The notes: generated by a model from the letters alone, not told the origin. DNA of 64,000 nucleotides from an uncultured bacterium (GCA_964562805.1 CAZLUT010000002.1:1172-65171); one strand, 5' to 3'; positions 1-10,089 are shown, counted from the first letter of the stretch. A program made the numbers and translations.

Positions 1-2
1 CC

Positions 3-374
3 AGTGAAGATGCCGGAACAACTACTTGGACATGTGAAGAGGACCCTGTGCTTTCAGGGCCTTGCCCCAATGTTTCCGACACGGATTGGGAATGGACATG
101 CACAGATGATACCTGTACTTGTGACTGGGCCGGAAACATTGACTGCACCTGGACTTTAGATCCGGCTAGCTATAGTGATGCGGAGAGTGCGGCAAGCGAT
201 ATCTGCACAGCAAGTAATAGCAGTACTGATCCAATATTGGAATGTGAACTAGATTGTGAGGAGTTTATCGATAAGGATGGTGCCGTTAGCACCAATTGTA
301 GCAATCAGCCGAGCTTTTCGGGGCCGGGTTCTATAGCGGATTCGCAATGTGACAGCAGCATGGAGCCAGTCTAG
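3..374 (+). CDS. C-terminal part of a Cys/Asp/Ser/Thr-rich, probably secreted protein (5'-truncated by the window edge)
   Basis: The frame is open from position 3 (SEDAGTTTWTCEEDPVLSGPCPN...) to TAG at 372-374. Many Cys, acidic composition, repeated WTC/CTW motifs. Confidence 0.7.
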   Translation, partial: SEDAGTTTWTCEEDPVLSGPCPNVSDTDWEWTCTDDTCTCDWAGNIDCTWTLDPASYSDAESAASDICTASNSSTDPILECELDCEEFIDKDGAVSTNCSNQPSFSGPGSIADSQCDSSMEPV

Positions 375-412
375 CCTTGATTTAGCGGAAACTGCGGGAC
401 ATTAAAATCGTT

Positions 413-2395
413 CTAGTTATCGTAATAGCTTTTAATGATCTTGCGTAGATTTCTATTTTTAATACCTTCAATTATACGGCGCGGGATTCGCATTTTTTTC
501 TCCTTTTGAATATAAGGAAGAATTTCTTGAATCTCCTCATCAGACGGCCGCCACAACTTATCCTTTTCATCCATCAGAGTTAATTGTGCCAAAACAAGAT
601 CACGCAACACATACTTATTTAGAGGAGAAGCCGAATGAGCCTTCTTCAAATAACGAATAGAAGTTTCGATAAAGATTTGACCGTTGCTCCTTAGTCTGCT
701 GTTTCTAAAATAAGCCTTTCCAATTTTTCGGTAAGTATGGCTTGTTTGAGATAAGTCCAGTATTTTTTGGGCTGAGGCATTAGCAGTCTGAATGGAAATA
801 TTTTTATTGCGCATCTCCTTTGAAAAATTTTTTAACAATAAATTGACACTTGAATCCATATCAAAAAATAAAATATTTTCATTCAAGTTTATTCGCTGAC
901 TGAAAAAATCCCGAAAAACACGTTTTGCGGTCGTAAAAAGCCCAAAAGTCACAATAAAAAAGAGAAGCAAAAAGCTTAAGATGCGCCCTGCAGAAAAATA
1001 AGATAAGCAGCGCGCCTCGGAGGATTTATCTTTGGGTAAGAGTATATGAGTCAGCGAAAAAAAAGAAGCCGCCAAGCCCAGAAAAACAAACATGTGGGGA
1101 GGGGATTTTAAAGCAAAGGTTATCGCACTGTGCAATCCTGCGGTTAACATTCCCCCTAGAACACCCAGCAAAAGAACCCAGCTGTCTAGAGAAATTTCCT
1201 TTCTATTCTTTGTGAGAAAAAAAAGGCGCTTCAAAGCTATCCCTATCGGGACAATAAGCAGGAAAAAGAAACCCAAGAAGCCTGTTTCAAAAAGAAGCTC
1301 AAGATAATCGTTGTGAGCATGGGTAATCCGGGGTCCTGACTTAATTAAAGCTGTTTGATATGCCGGATAAACAGCATAAAAAGTACAGATTCCTGTTCCC
1401 AAAAAAGGACGTTCTTTGATTACGTCTATACTGTCTAAAATAATCGAAGGTCTAAAAAAAAGACGAGCTTCTTCAAATTTACCTTGAGCGGCGCTTAAAG
1501 TATCGAAATAAGAAACGTTTATGCGATTTAAAAAGACGTTTTTCCCAATTAAGTGGGACATGCCGCCAAAAAGGCAGGCTAGAAACAAAAGCGTTACGAT
1601 CAAAATAATTACGGTTTTTTTTGTCTTATTTTTTATCAAAAAAAGGTAAATTAAAGTTATTAAAAGGATCATAATGCCAGCCGAAGCAATAGCCCCTTTT
1701 GAATTTAACCAAACGAGTGCCGCTCCAATAATAATAGTGCCTGCGGTTCCTAAAATAAGAAAGTTTACCGAAAAACGACCCAAAGACCTTCTCTGACTTT
1801 TAAGAGTTATGATAGTTATTAAATTGTGAAGCATTGAAATAAAAGCAAAAGGGAAAATAAGATTCAAGAGAAAGCTGAAATGATTTGGATTGATAAAAAA
1901 TTTAAGATTCTCAATTTTTGGAATGACAGCTATTTTTTGAAAAAAGGCATAAATGGCTGCGGCAGCGATTAGAACGAAAACCCCGTTCATGAAATGATAA
2001 ATATTTTTTTCAGACCTTAATACGTCAAACAAAAGAAAAAAAATAAAAATATTTACCAGCACATAAGGTAGTCGCAGGTAAGTATTATAAGGTACCAAAG
2101 AGGCAAGAGCGCTTAAAAAGCCAATCTTTGAAGCAGCCAGCTGTAAAACGCAGAGGCACAAAAAAATGGCGAGTGAAGTCGAAAGAAAAGGCTCCTTTCG
2201 CGCGGCTTGGTGGAAGGATTTAGTAAAAAAATATCCCAATACCCAAACAAGAAGCAACGTAAGCGCTAAAAAATAAATGAGCAAAGCGTCTCTCGATAAT
2301 ATACCCCAAGAAGAAAGGAGGCTGAAGGTTAAAAGAGGGAAGAAGCCTGCCCAAAGAAGGGTGTAATTAAAACCAGATTTTAAATTAATTTTCAC
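413..2395 (-). CDS. O-antigen ligase/Wzy_C family polytopic membrane protein
   Basis: Many TM segments; FINPNHF, SKGA, PFLGTGICTF and HAHNDYLELLFETGFLG motifs typical of WaaL/Wzy_C proteins. Confidence 0.85.
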   Translation of the reverse strand: MKINLKSGFNYTLLWAGFFPLLTFSLLSSWGILSRDALLIYFLALTLLLVWVLGYFFTKSFHQAARKEPFLSTSLAIFLCLCVLQLAASKIGFLSALASLVPYNTYLRLPYVLVNIFIFFLLFDVLRSEKNIYHFMNGVFVLIAAAAIYAFFQKIAVIPKIENLKFFINPNHFSFLLNLIFPFAFISMLHNLITIITLKSQRRSLGRFSVNFLILGTAGTIIIGAALVWLNSKGAIASAGIMILLITLIYLFLIKNKTKKTVIILIVTLLFLACLFGGMSHLIGKNVFLNRINVSYFDTLSAAQGKFEEARLFFRPSIILDSIDVIKERPFLGTGICTFYAVYPAYQTALIKSGPRITHAHNDYLELLFETGFLGFFFLLIVPIGIALKRLFFLTKNRKEISLDSWVLLLGVLGGMLTAGLHSAITFALKSPPHMFVFLGLAASFFSLTHILLPKDKSSEARCLSYFSAGRILSFLLLFFIVTFGLFTTAKRVFRDFFSQRINLNENILFFDMDSSVNLLLKNFSKEMRNKNISIQTANASAQKILDLSQTSHTYRKIGKAYFRNSRLRSNGQIFIETSIRYLKKAHSASPLNKYVLRDLVLAQLTLMDEKDKLWRPSDEEIQEILPYIQKEKKMRIPRRIIEGIKNRNLRKIIKSYYDN

Positions 2396-2400
2396 AAAAA

Positions 2401-3765
2401 CTAATTTTGATCTAAGACAAAACTGCTGCCTTTTTGACGTTTCGATTTGTTTTTAACGGAACTGATGCGGTTTGTAATTTCACCATAGGAATCAAAGGGT
2501 TTTTCTTCATCGGAAAGAGCCGAAAGGGAAATGGACATGAGAGGAAATTTGGCAAGTTTTTCCCCCTTATCTTCGCCGCCCATTCCTTCAGCCCGTCTTT
2601 CCTTGCCCATAACGTAGCCTTTTGCCCGATCCTCTTTTGAATAGAGCTCTTTCGATTTTTTATCAAATTCGAGAATAAAATGTTCGGAGATTGGTTTGAC
2701 TGTTTTTACTGTCGAGAGAAGAACAAAGTCATCACCACCCTCATGACCCAGAAAATCATCAGCTCCGCCATATTTTTCCACGGCCACCTTAAGAAGTTCC
2801 GCCGTCATCTTAATCGCGATATCACCTGCGCCGATACCATAAGTGTCATTAAAAACTTTGAAATTATCAAGATCCAAATGAACGACAACAAATGTTTTTT
2901 TACTTTGAATTCTTTTTTCGATCTCTTCCCGAATCAGATAATTACCCGGCAATTTTGTTAAGGGGTTAGCATTTTCGGCGATATCTTTCATGCGAGAAAG
3001 TTCTTGAGTCATATCGTTAAAGGTGAGGCTCAATTCTTCTATTTCATCATTGGTCCTAATCCTCACCTGAAGCTTCAGATCGCCCGCAGCAACTTTTTTA
3101 CTTGCCTCATTAAGAGTTAGAATAGGTTTTACAATTTTTCGAGACAAGGCCAAAGTGTGCGTGATCGAAAGAAAAATAATGAGTACCGCCGTGATTATTA
3201 CGGGCACATAAACAGCCTTAAGAGCTTCCTTAAGATTTCCTAAATCATAAGCAGTTTTTAAAACATAAGCGACCTGACGGTCAGCCGTGAGGAGAATCAG
3301 AGTCTCGACGGTGCGGGCCCCCTGGTTGATGAAGGGATATGACCAGGAATCAATCGCATCGAGATCAAAGATATTCTGAATCCTCTCAAAATCGAGGAGA
3401 GAAAGAGGAGGGGGCGCCTGCCCTGCGCTCGAGGCCTCAGCAATAATTTTTCCACTTCGGTCCGCAATATAAATTTCACTTGATGCCTCGGATTCAGTCA
3501 GTTTATTAATGGCCTGCTGGAAATTTTGGATTAATTCTTTTTTGCTCTTTCCTTCATTGATTGCCTGATCAAGCGTGAGCTGCAGATTCTGGTGAATAAT
3601 GACTGACGAAAGTTTGGACCGATATAAATTTTGGTCAGTCGCATTTTGAAGTTGGTTATAAACTTGAATAGCCGTAAAAGACGCGATAATAACCAGCGCA
3701 AAAAGAACCATTAAGTTTATGAGACGAAAATTTAGAGACGAAGTAACGTGATCTTTTTTTCTCAT
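2401..3765 (-). CDS. Membrane sensor with HAMP and GGDEF-family (GGDDF) diguanylate cyclase domain
   Basis: Two TM helices flanking a periplasmic region; HAMP (PILTLNEASKKVAAGDL...DEIEELSLTFNDM); NPLTKLPGN, DLDNFKVFNDTYG..AGD, GHEGGDDF. Confidence 0.9.
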   Translation of the reverse strand: MRKKDHVTSSLNFRLINLMVLFALVIIASFTAIQVYNQLQNATDQNLYRSKLSSVIIHQNLQLTLDQAINEGKSKKELIQNFQQAINKLTESEASSEIYIADRSGKIIAEASSAGQAPPPLSLLDFERIQNIFDLDAIDSWSYPFINQGARTVETLILLTADRQVAYVLKTAYDLGNLKEALKAVYVPVIITAVLIIFLSITHTLALSRKIVKPILTLNEASKKVAAGDLKLQVRIRTNDEIEELSLTFNDMTQELSRMKDIAENANPLTKLPGNYLIREEIEKRIQSKKTFVVVHLDLDNFKVFNDTYGIGAGDIAIKMTAELLKVAVEKYGGADDFLGHEGGDDFVLLSTVKTVKPISEHFILEFDKKSKELYSKEDRAKGYVMGKERRAEGMGGEDKGEKLAKFPLMSISLSALSDEEKPFDSYGEITNRISSVKNKSKRQKGSSFVLDQN

Positions 3766-3797
3766 TTTAGCAGTTAAACTCTTTCTAATCGGCTGAT

Positions 3798-3813
3798 ATT
3801 ATATTAATATAAT
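3798..3813. promoter_or_regulatory. Perfect 16-bp palindrome giving back-to-back TATAAT -10 boxes in the divergent intergenic region
   Basis: ATTATATTAATATAAT is self-complementary: TATAAT at 3808-3813 (+) and 3803-3798 (-), between divergent genes. Confidence 0.55.
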
Positions 3814-3880
3814 CATCGGTAGTTTACTGTGTAAGTTGTAGGTATTTCAAGAATTACCTTAACAATTAAGGAGAAAAAAG

Positions 3881-5830
3881 ATGAAAGTTCGAACTCAAAA
3901 ATTAGCAAGAAACATCTTACAGCCTGTTTTTATTCTCCTTATTTTAGTGGCTTTTTTCGTTTCTTATAATGTTTACTTAGTTGACAATTCGATCGAAACT
4001 TTAAAGTTTTCATTGGAAGAAACCGCGACCGCTCAAAGCCCTATTGCTGCTGAAGGCGTCAGTCTCCTCCTTAGCAATGCTTTGATTTCTGAAACACCTC
4101 AAAAGATAGCTGATTTTAAAACCTTTAATATTTTGGATTTTGCCGCTTCCGTCGCGGGTGAAGCAGATTCCACCAGGCAGCTTAAGAGCGCCGGGTTTGC
4201 GATCGAAGAAGTTTTAGCTGAAAAAGAAAAGAAAAGATTTGTTGTGTTGAGGTGGCTTGATACTGCTAATCGTTATGTGCAGCGATTTTTTTATGCTGTA
4301 AAACAATTTTTTTCGTCCCTTTTCAAAAAGAAACAAACGAAGCCAATCGCCATTGTGAAGCCGGAATTAATGAGGGAAGCCAAGGTTCTTGAGAAAAAAG
4401 GCGACTTTGAGGGTGCTAAAACCGCGTATGAAGAGTTTTTGTTATTAAATGAGAGTGTTGAAGGTATTAGTTTTATGCAGACAAGACTTGCTTTTATTTT
4501 CATGAAATTGGGCAATTATGCTCAGGCAAATGATCTTCTTTCAAAAATTTTAGATTCAGCAGCTAATAAAACAGAAGTTAGAATCGCGGAAAATTTAAAA
4601 GACCAAATTAAAAGAATGGAATCTTTAGCTGGAAAAAGAAATCAGCTCGAAGAAGAAATAAAAACAATAACCAAGGTTGAAGATTTGCAGGAAGCTTATT
4701 TTGAAGTGGGCCGAATGAATACAGAGTTGTATGATTTAAAGAAAGCTCAAGAGGCTTTTAAAAAGACGATTGATCTTGCTCCGGATTCTGAGATTGCCCA
4801 GACAGCGCGTTTTAATCTTGGTTTTGCCTATAAGGTGGCCAATAACATTAAAGCAAGCGAAGAAGTGTTTTTAAAGCTGAGTAAGGGACCGGTTCCGAAC
4901 GTTTTACAGGTAGCCAGCTCGATACAGGTTGCGAGCGTTAAAAAAATAGCAAAGAAGTTCCGAGAAGCCGCTCAAATTTTGGAAACAGTCTCTGCTGAAG
5001 CTGAAGATGTTGTTACCGCGGCGATAGCTCAGTTTGAGGCCGGGTACGTCTATTTGTTCAATTTGAATGATGTGAAAAAAGCCCAGGAGGCTTTTGACCG
5101 TGTTAGCGAGCTTCAAGCCAGGAACCCTAATATGCGACTTCTTGATACCGGTCATGTAGGGGGCGTGGGCCAGTCTGCTTTGAGGGAATATGCGTTTGTT
5201 ATGTTTGAAAAAGGCGACTTCGAAAAAGCAAAAGACGCGTTTGAAACTATTTTGAAAACAGATGAAGATGATTCGTGGTCTTATGCCGGGCTAGGCATGA
5301 TCTATCTTTTAGAAGGAGAGCGGAAAAAAGGGTATGAGATGGCGAACAGGGCCTATACGATCAATCCCGATTACTATACAAGTTCCGCCCTTGCCTATGT
5401 TGAGGAAAAAATAGGCGACCCGGAAAGGGCTATTCAGCTTAATAAAAAATCCATTAAGCTGAATTCGGATTACCTTTATCCTTATTACAATCTCGGTCAT
5501 GTTTATATTGCCGAAAAGAAGTTTAAAGCAGCGGCCGACATACTAAAAAAGGGGAGAAACCTTTCAATTAAGCTGGGGCTCAATTTCCCGCTACTTCCCA
5601 ATAATCTCGGGCTCAGTTACTACCATTTGGGAGAAAACGAAAAAGCCATAGAGATGTTTAACGAAGCTATTAAGTTTGCCCCTACTCTGGCGGACGCGTG
5701 GTATAACCGGGCTCTGACTTATGAAAAAATGGGAGATAAAGATAAATATCTGCGTGACATCAGAGTGGTTTATCGTTTAAACCCAAAATACAAAGATATT
5801 GAGGAAAGAGTTCACAAAAAAGCAGCGTGA
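3881..5830 (+). CDS. Membrane-anchored tetratricopeptide repeat protein
   Basis: N-terminal TM helix; multiple TPR-like repeats (AYFEVG..KAQEAFKKTIDLAP, NNLGLSYYHLGENEKAIEMFNEAIKFAP); AAGGAG RBS. Confidence 0.85.
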   Translation: MKVRTQKLARNILQPVFILLILVAFFVSYNVYLVDNSIETLKFSLEETATAQSPIAAEGVSLLLSNALISETPQKIADFKTFNILDFAASVAGEADSTRQLKSAGFAIEEVLAEKEKKRFVVLRWLDTANRYVQRFFYAVKQFFSSLFKKKQTKPIAIVKPELMREAKVLEKKGDFEGAKTAYEEFLLLNESVEGISFMQTRLAFIFMKLGNYAQANDLLSKILDSAANKTEVRIAENLKDQIKRMESLAGKRNQLEEEIKTITKVEDLQEAYFEVGRMNTELYDLKKAQEAFKKTIDLAPDSEIAQTARFNLGFAYKVANNIKASEEVFLKLSKGPVPNVLQVASSIQVASVKKIAKKFREAAQILETVSAEAEDVVTAAIAQFEAGYVYLFNLNDVKKAQEAFDRVSELQARNPNMRLLDTGHVGGVGQSALREYAFVMFEKGDFEKAKDAFETILKTDEDDSWSYAGLGMIYLLEGERKKGYEMANRAYTINPDYYTSSALAYVEEKIGDPERAIQLNKKSIKLNSDYLYPYYNLGHVYIAEKKFKAAADILKKGRNLSIKLGLNFPLLPNNLGLSYYHLGENEKAIEMFNEAIKFAPTLADAWYNRALTYEKMGDKDKYLRDIRVVYRLNPKYKDIEERVHKKAA

Positions 5831-5907
5831 TGTTTACAAATTACCCAACGTCAAAAATTAACTTATTATACTAAAAATAAGTTTGTCAAAAGCCGTTAAT
5901 TCAAACA

Positions 5908-7434
5908 ATGAGACCATTTAAAGATCTAACAGGTATTTTTTGTCTGCTTGTGATTATGTCACTTCTATTTCTTTCTATTCCAAAAAACTCTTTTGCCGGC
6001 GAAGATTTTGATAAATGGGAATTCTCGCGGCTCGCGGCTCTCCATAGCGAGATTGTCCGGGAAGCCGATGCTAAAGCGGCAGAAGCCAAGGAAGCCAAGG
6101 CTAAAGAGGCGAAAGAAAAAGAGGGTCTGCCAAAGGTGTCAGGAGAAGATGCGGCTAAACCAGCGGAGAAGGGCGCCATTCAGGTTAAAGATAGTCAACT
6201 TGACAGGTCCAAGGAGTCTTATTTGGACGAGTTCAAAATAGTAACCAAAAAGAAAAGCTTATTGGAACGGTTGAGCTGGGGCCTTAATTCCTCGATGAAT
6301 TATGATAGCAATGTTTTTAACGAAAAAAAAGGAAGCTCTGATTTGTATTATAAGGCAGGAGCAACCATTGGTATTAACGGTACTGATTTATACAAAGGGT
6401 TAGGATTTCGGCTTAGCTACAACGCGACTTGGAAGCAGTATTTTAAATTTTCCCGCTTAAATCGGCTGAATAATAATATCCTGTTGTCAGTACCAGGAAC
6501 AAATATGCCGCTTAGAATCGGAAAAAAATTGACAGTTACTCTTATACTAGGCATTAACACTAATGCGAGCAATAGCTCCACCAGCCGGAATAATAACTTT
6601 TACACACCTCAATTGAATGTTGAGACAGGGATTCTGGCCGAGTATCTTTTGAGCAAAAAATTTTCAACTACTTTTAAGTGGTCCGGAAGATTTAGACAAA
6701 CTAAGGGCAGAGCCGAGAGCTCTCAGGGGACAGTGGGGATAACTCCCGACGAAAAGGATTATATAATTCAATATCACGATTTTACTCACAGAATACTATA
6801 CCATTTAACTCCTAAAACCTCTGTTTTTGGTGGTTTTGGCTACGGATTTACCAAAAGCAGTGATTCTAGCTCCACTAGCCAAGACACCTTTTATCTCCGG
6901 CCAACGGGCGGCATTATGGGGAGACTGACTCCTAAATCTACTATCAATTTGGCCGCAGGTTGGACAATGCGAAAATTTAAGCTGAACAACAGAACAAGAA
7001 ACAGTTTTTACTTGCAGGCTGCTTATATGGTTGCTCTGACTGAAAAATTATCTGCCACCCTTACGGCGGTTAATGATAGCGATGCTTCAATTCTAAGTAA
7101 TGGCGGATTATTTGGCAGCGCCAGCGTCAAAACGGGGCTACAGTATCGGCTAACTAGAAAGGTGGTATGCTCGCTCAGGAGCGGTATTAGGATGACGCAA
7201 CCTCTTGATGATGATGTGGAAGCAAGCGGTAACGCCACTAATACGGCAGCTGTCCGAGAAGATGCGGGGGACCGTAAAGAATATACTTTTGATGTCGATA
7301 CAAGTATCAGGTATAGTGTATTTAGATGGCTTTCGGTTGGAGCGCATTATAGGTTTGAAGCTCGAAAGGCTGACCGGCCGTCTGGCGGATACGTGTCGCA
7401 TTTGGGGACAATAGATGCTAGAATTAGCGCATGA
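5908..7434 (+). CDS. Putative outer-membrane beta-barrel protein associated with polysaccharide export
   Basis: Signal peptide; YDSNVF start motif; alternating amphipathic beta-strands rich in Y/G/F; directly upstream of the OPX and Wzc genes. Confidence 0.7.
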   Translation: MRPFKDLTGIFCLLVIMSLLFLSIPKNSFAGEDFDKWEFSRLAALHSEIVREADAKAAEAKEAKAKEAKEKEGLPKVSGEDAAKPAEKGAIQVKDSQLDRSKESYLDEFKIVTKKKSLLERLSWGLNSSMNYDSNVFNEKKGSSDLYYKAGATIGINGTDLYKGLGFRLSYNATWKQYFKFSRLNRLNNNILLSVPGTNMPLRIGKKLTVTLILGINTNASNSSTSRNNNFYTPQLNVETGILAEYLLSKKFSTTFKWSGRFRQTKGRAESSQGTVGITPDEKDYIIQYHDFTHRILYHLTPKTSVFGGFGYGFTKSSDSSSTSQDTFYLRPTGGIMGRLTPKSTINLAAGWTMRKFKLNNRTRNSFYLQAAYMVALTEKLSATLTAVNDSDASILSNGGLFGSASVKTGLQYRLTRKVVCSLRSGIRMTQPLDDDVEASGNATNTAAVREDAGDRKEYTFDVDTSIRYSVFRWLSVGAHYRFEARKADRPSGGYVSHLGTIDARISA

Positions 7435-8141
7435 GGTTTGCTTTGGTTAAAAAAACATTAAAAGTTAACGGATTAATGTCTTTGTTGCTGCTCATGGCGC
7501 TGGCGTTCGCTGTATCAATCTCAGCCCAAATAGATTCTAAAAAGAATGATGCCGATTTATTAAAAACCGGCGAAGAACCCGCCGATTTATCCGAGGAAAA
7601 TTTTTTGGAAATAGATCTCGATATTCAGCCAACTGACGTTCTTGTGGTTGATGTTCATGGTGAATCTAACCTTTCAAAAACAGTAGAGGTTGACAAAAAA
7701 GGCTTTATTAATTATCCGCTTATTGGGCAGGTTAAGGTCGAAGGTTTATCAAAAGAAGAAGCGGAGGATCGGATTCATGCGTTATTTGAGAAAGACTATT
7801 TAGTAAATCCGCTGATCGCAGTCGATAAGGTGGTAAGGCAGAAGGAGGAAGAAGAAGAAGAACCTGCTGATATGTCAACTTATATTATCTTGGGCGAAGT
7901 GAAAAAACCCGGAACATATGAATTTGATCCAGAAGAAGGTAAAATGACTCTTTTAAAAGCTATCTCGATTGCAGGTGGTTTTTCACCTATTGCGAATAAA
8001 GGTAAAATAAAAATGCTTCGTCGTGACGGAGTGGAGACAGAGGCCTTCATTATTAACTTTAAAGACATTGTTAAGGGCGAGCGTCCGGATGAAGAGCTGC
8101 AGAATGAGGATTTGATTGTAGTAGCAGAAAGTTTACTGTAA
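7431..8141 (+). CDS. Short polysaccharide export (OPX/Wza-family) protein, Poly_export + SLBB domains
   Basis: DVLVVDVHGE..V.VDKKGFINYPLIGQVKVEGLS (PES motif); ILGEVKKPGTY and TLLKAISIAGG (SLBB); ends DLIVVAESLL. Confidence 0.9.
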   Translation: MRFALVKKTLKVNGLMSLLLLMALAFAVSISAQIDSKKNDADLLKTGEEPADLSEENFLEIDLDIQPTDVLVVDVHGESNLSKTVEVDKKGFINYPLIGQVKVEGLSKEEAEDRIHALFEKDYLVNPLIAVDKVVRQKEEEEEEPADMSTYIILGEVKKPGTYEFDPEEGKMTLLKAISIAGGFSPIANKGKIKMLRRDGVETEAFIINFKDIVKGERPDEELQNEDLIVVAESLL

Positions 8142-9974
8142 ATGGGACTAGAGAATATGAGCTACACAGAAGAACAGCATTCCTTAAATATAAAAGAAAT
8201 GTTTTTTGTTTTCTGGCAGCGGAAGTGGTTAATTTTAAATGTTGTAATAATCGCGCTTACCCTTGCTGCAATCTATGCTTATCGTTTACCCGACACATAC
8301 ACGGCTTCAGCAGAGGTTCTTTTGGAAGAAGCGCAGTCCCCCGTTACTAAATCGGACACAGAGGATGTGGCTCATTTGAAGTTTTCTGGGAGGTACCAGG
8401 GATTACATGAAAAACTTCTTGTAAGTCATCCTGTTTTAACAGAGGTTGTTGAGCAGCTAAATCTCCAAAATAAATTTGCTCAATTGTTTAGCGAACAGAC
8501 AGGAAGAACTTTAAAACCGTTGAGCCTTGAGGCTGCTATTCAAAAATTAAAGCAAATGGTAGAAGTAGAATATTCGAAATTGGTCTATATTGTTAGCGCG
8601 ACTACAACTGATCCCTTTTTAGCGGCCACTATCGCCAATACTTTGGTGAAAGTTTATATTAAGCAGTACTTGGAGGGGAGATTGTATTTGTCGAAAGAAG
8701 TGATGGAGCTCTTCCCTGAACAGGCTCAAAGCTTAAAGCGGCATACAGTATCGGAGCAGCTCAAAGACCTTTCAAGAGATGAATTAATTTCAAAATTACC
8801 AACTGTGCAAGCAGACCCATCAGTTAAGGCTTTAGAGCAAAAAAAATATCATCTGGAAAATGAAATAAATAAATTTTCCCAGCGGTACAAAGATAAACAT
8901 CCTAAAATGATTGAGCTAAGAGCCAGCTTGAAATTTCTTAACGAAAGGCTTGAAGCCAGAAAAGGGAGTATCGCTAATAGCTTGAGGGAGAAAATTGTAA
9001 CTAAATTTCAGGCAACAAATGTTAAGGTACTTCGCGAGGCAACAATTCCCAAAGCGCCATCCGGTCCGGATCGAACGCGAGTTATTGTTATAGCCGGTCT
9101 CATAGCTTTGGGCGGGGTCTTGGGGCTGGTATTCTTTCTGAACACGTTGGACGAAAGTGTTAACAGTCAGGATGATATCGAGCGGTTTATCAGGCTTCCT
9201 TTTTTGGGATCGGTACACAAAATTAAGAAAGAAAAATCGCAAGAAAAAAGAACTCTTTACGTGCTTTATGAGCCTATGTCCGAAATAGCTGAAAGCTTTA
9301 AACATTTGAGAATTAATATCAATTTTGCGACGGCACCCGAGCATCGCAGAACTTTGATGGTGACCAGTTCAGTGCCTCAAGAGGGAAAGAGTTTTGTTGC
9401 GGTTAACATGGCCGTTTCAAAAGCTCAAGATGAAAAGAAGGTGCTTTTGGTTGATGCTGACTTAAGACGGCCTAAAATCCATAAATTATTTTCACTGGAA
9501 AACAAGGTTGGGCTAAGTAACGTTTTAACAACCAGCACCCCTTACGAGTCGGTTATTAATAAAACACCACTGCAGTACCTTGATGTTATTACAAGCGGTC
9601 CCGTTTCACCAAATCCGCCCGAAATTTTCAGCTCTCAAGCTATGAAGGATTTCCTAAAAAAAATAGAGGGGAAATATGAGACGATTATTTTTGACACCCC
9701 GCCTGCTTACGGCCTTCCCGATGCTTTGGTTTTGGGGAATCTTATTGATTCTGTTATCTACGTTATTCAAGCTCATAAGACCTCCTATAAACTAATTCGA
9801 AAAACCAAGAATCATTTGATTGATAAAGGGGTAAGAATCGTGGGTACTATTTTAAACTCGCTGGAATCTTCAAAAGATAAATCCTACTATTACGATTACC
9901 AATCATATGGTTATACATACTTCCAAAAAAAAGATAGATCCAAAATCAAAGAAAATCCAACCACATCTAAATAA
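8142..9974 (+). CDS. wzc: Polysaccharide co-polymerase / tyrosine autokinase (Wzc family)
   Basis: Two TMs; Walker A SSVPQEGKS, A' VDADLRRP, B IIFDTPP; C-terminal Tyr cluster YYYDYQSYGYTY. Confidence 0.92.
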   Translation: MGLENMSYTEEQHSLNIKEMFFVFWQRKWLILNVVIIALTLAAIYAYRLPDTYTASAEVLLEEAQSPVTKSDTEDVAHLKFSGRYQGLHEKLLVSHPVLTEVVEQLNLQNKFAQLFSEQTGRTLKPLSLEAAIQKLKQMVEVEYSKLVYIVSATTTDPFLAATIANTLVKVYIKQYLEGRLYLSKEVMELFPEQAQSLKRHTVSEQLKDLSRDELISKLPTVQADPSVKALEQKKYHLENEINKFSQRYKDKHPKMIELRASLKFLNERLEARKGSIANSLREKIVTKFQATNVKVLREATIPKAPSGPDRTRVIVIAGLIALGGVLGLVFFLNTLDESVNSQDDIERFIRLPFLGSVHKIKKEKSQEKRTLYVLYEPMSEIAESFKHLRININFATAPEHRRTLMVTSSVPQEGKSFVAVNMAVSKAQDEKKVLLVDADLRRPKIHKLFSLENKVGLSNVLTTSTPYESVINKTPLQYLDVITSGPVSPNPPEIFSSQAMKDFLKKIEGKYETIIFDTPPAYGLPDALVLGNLIDSVIYVIQAHKTSYKLIRKTKNHLIDKGVRIVGTILNSLESSKDKSYYYDYQSYGYTYFQKKDRSKIKENPTTSK

Positions 9975-10089
9975 CCGTTATTTTTTGTATAAATGAGCGT
10001 GTTTTCTTAAAAAGTTTTGTCTGTTTTTAAAAAAAATTATAATCCGTCGCAAAAAAGTTAGTCTGAGTTGATCGAAGGAGGTCTCATTT

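Noticed and set aside
5860-5883. AACTTATT-N8-AATAAGTT inverted repeat over a TATACT box before the beta-barrel gene
   Set aside because: Could be an operator, but it is AT-only-rich, single-copy and not distinguishable from chance.
8916-9344. 142-aa minus-strand ORF and the other short nested or antisense ORFs in the track (e.g. 29120-29503, 22403-22837, 63477-63752)
   Set aside because: They overlap confidently identified genes on the opposite strand or in another frame and lack motifs or RBS.
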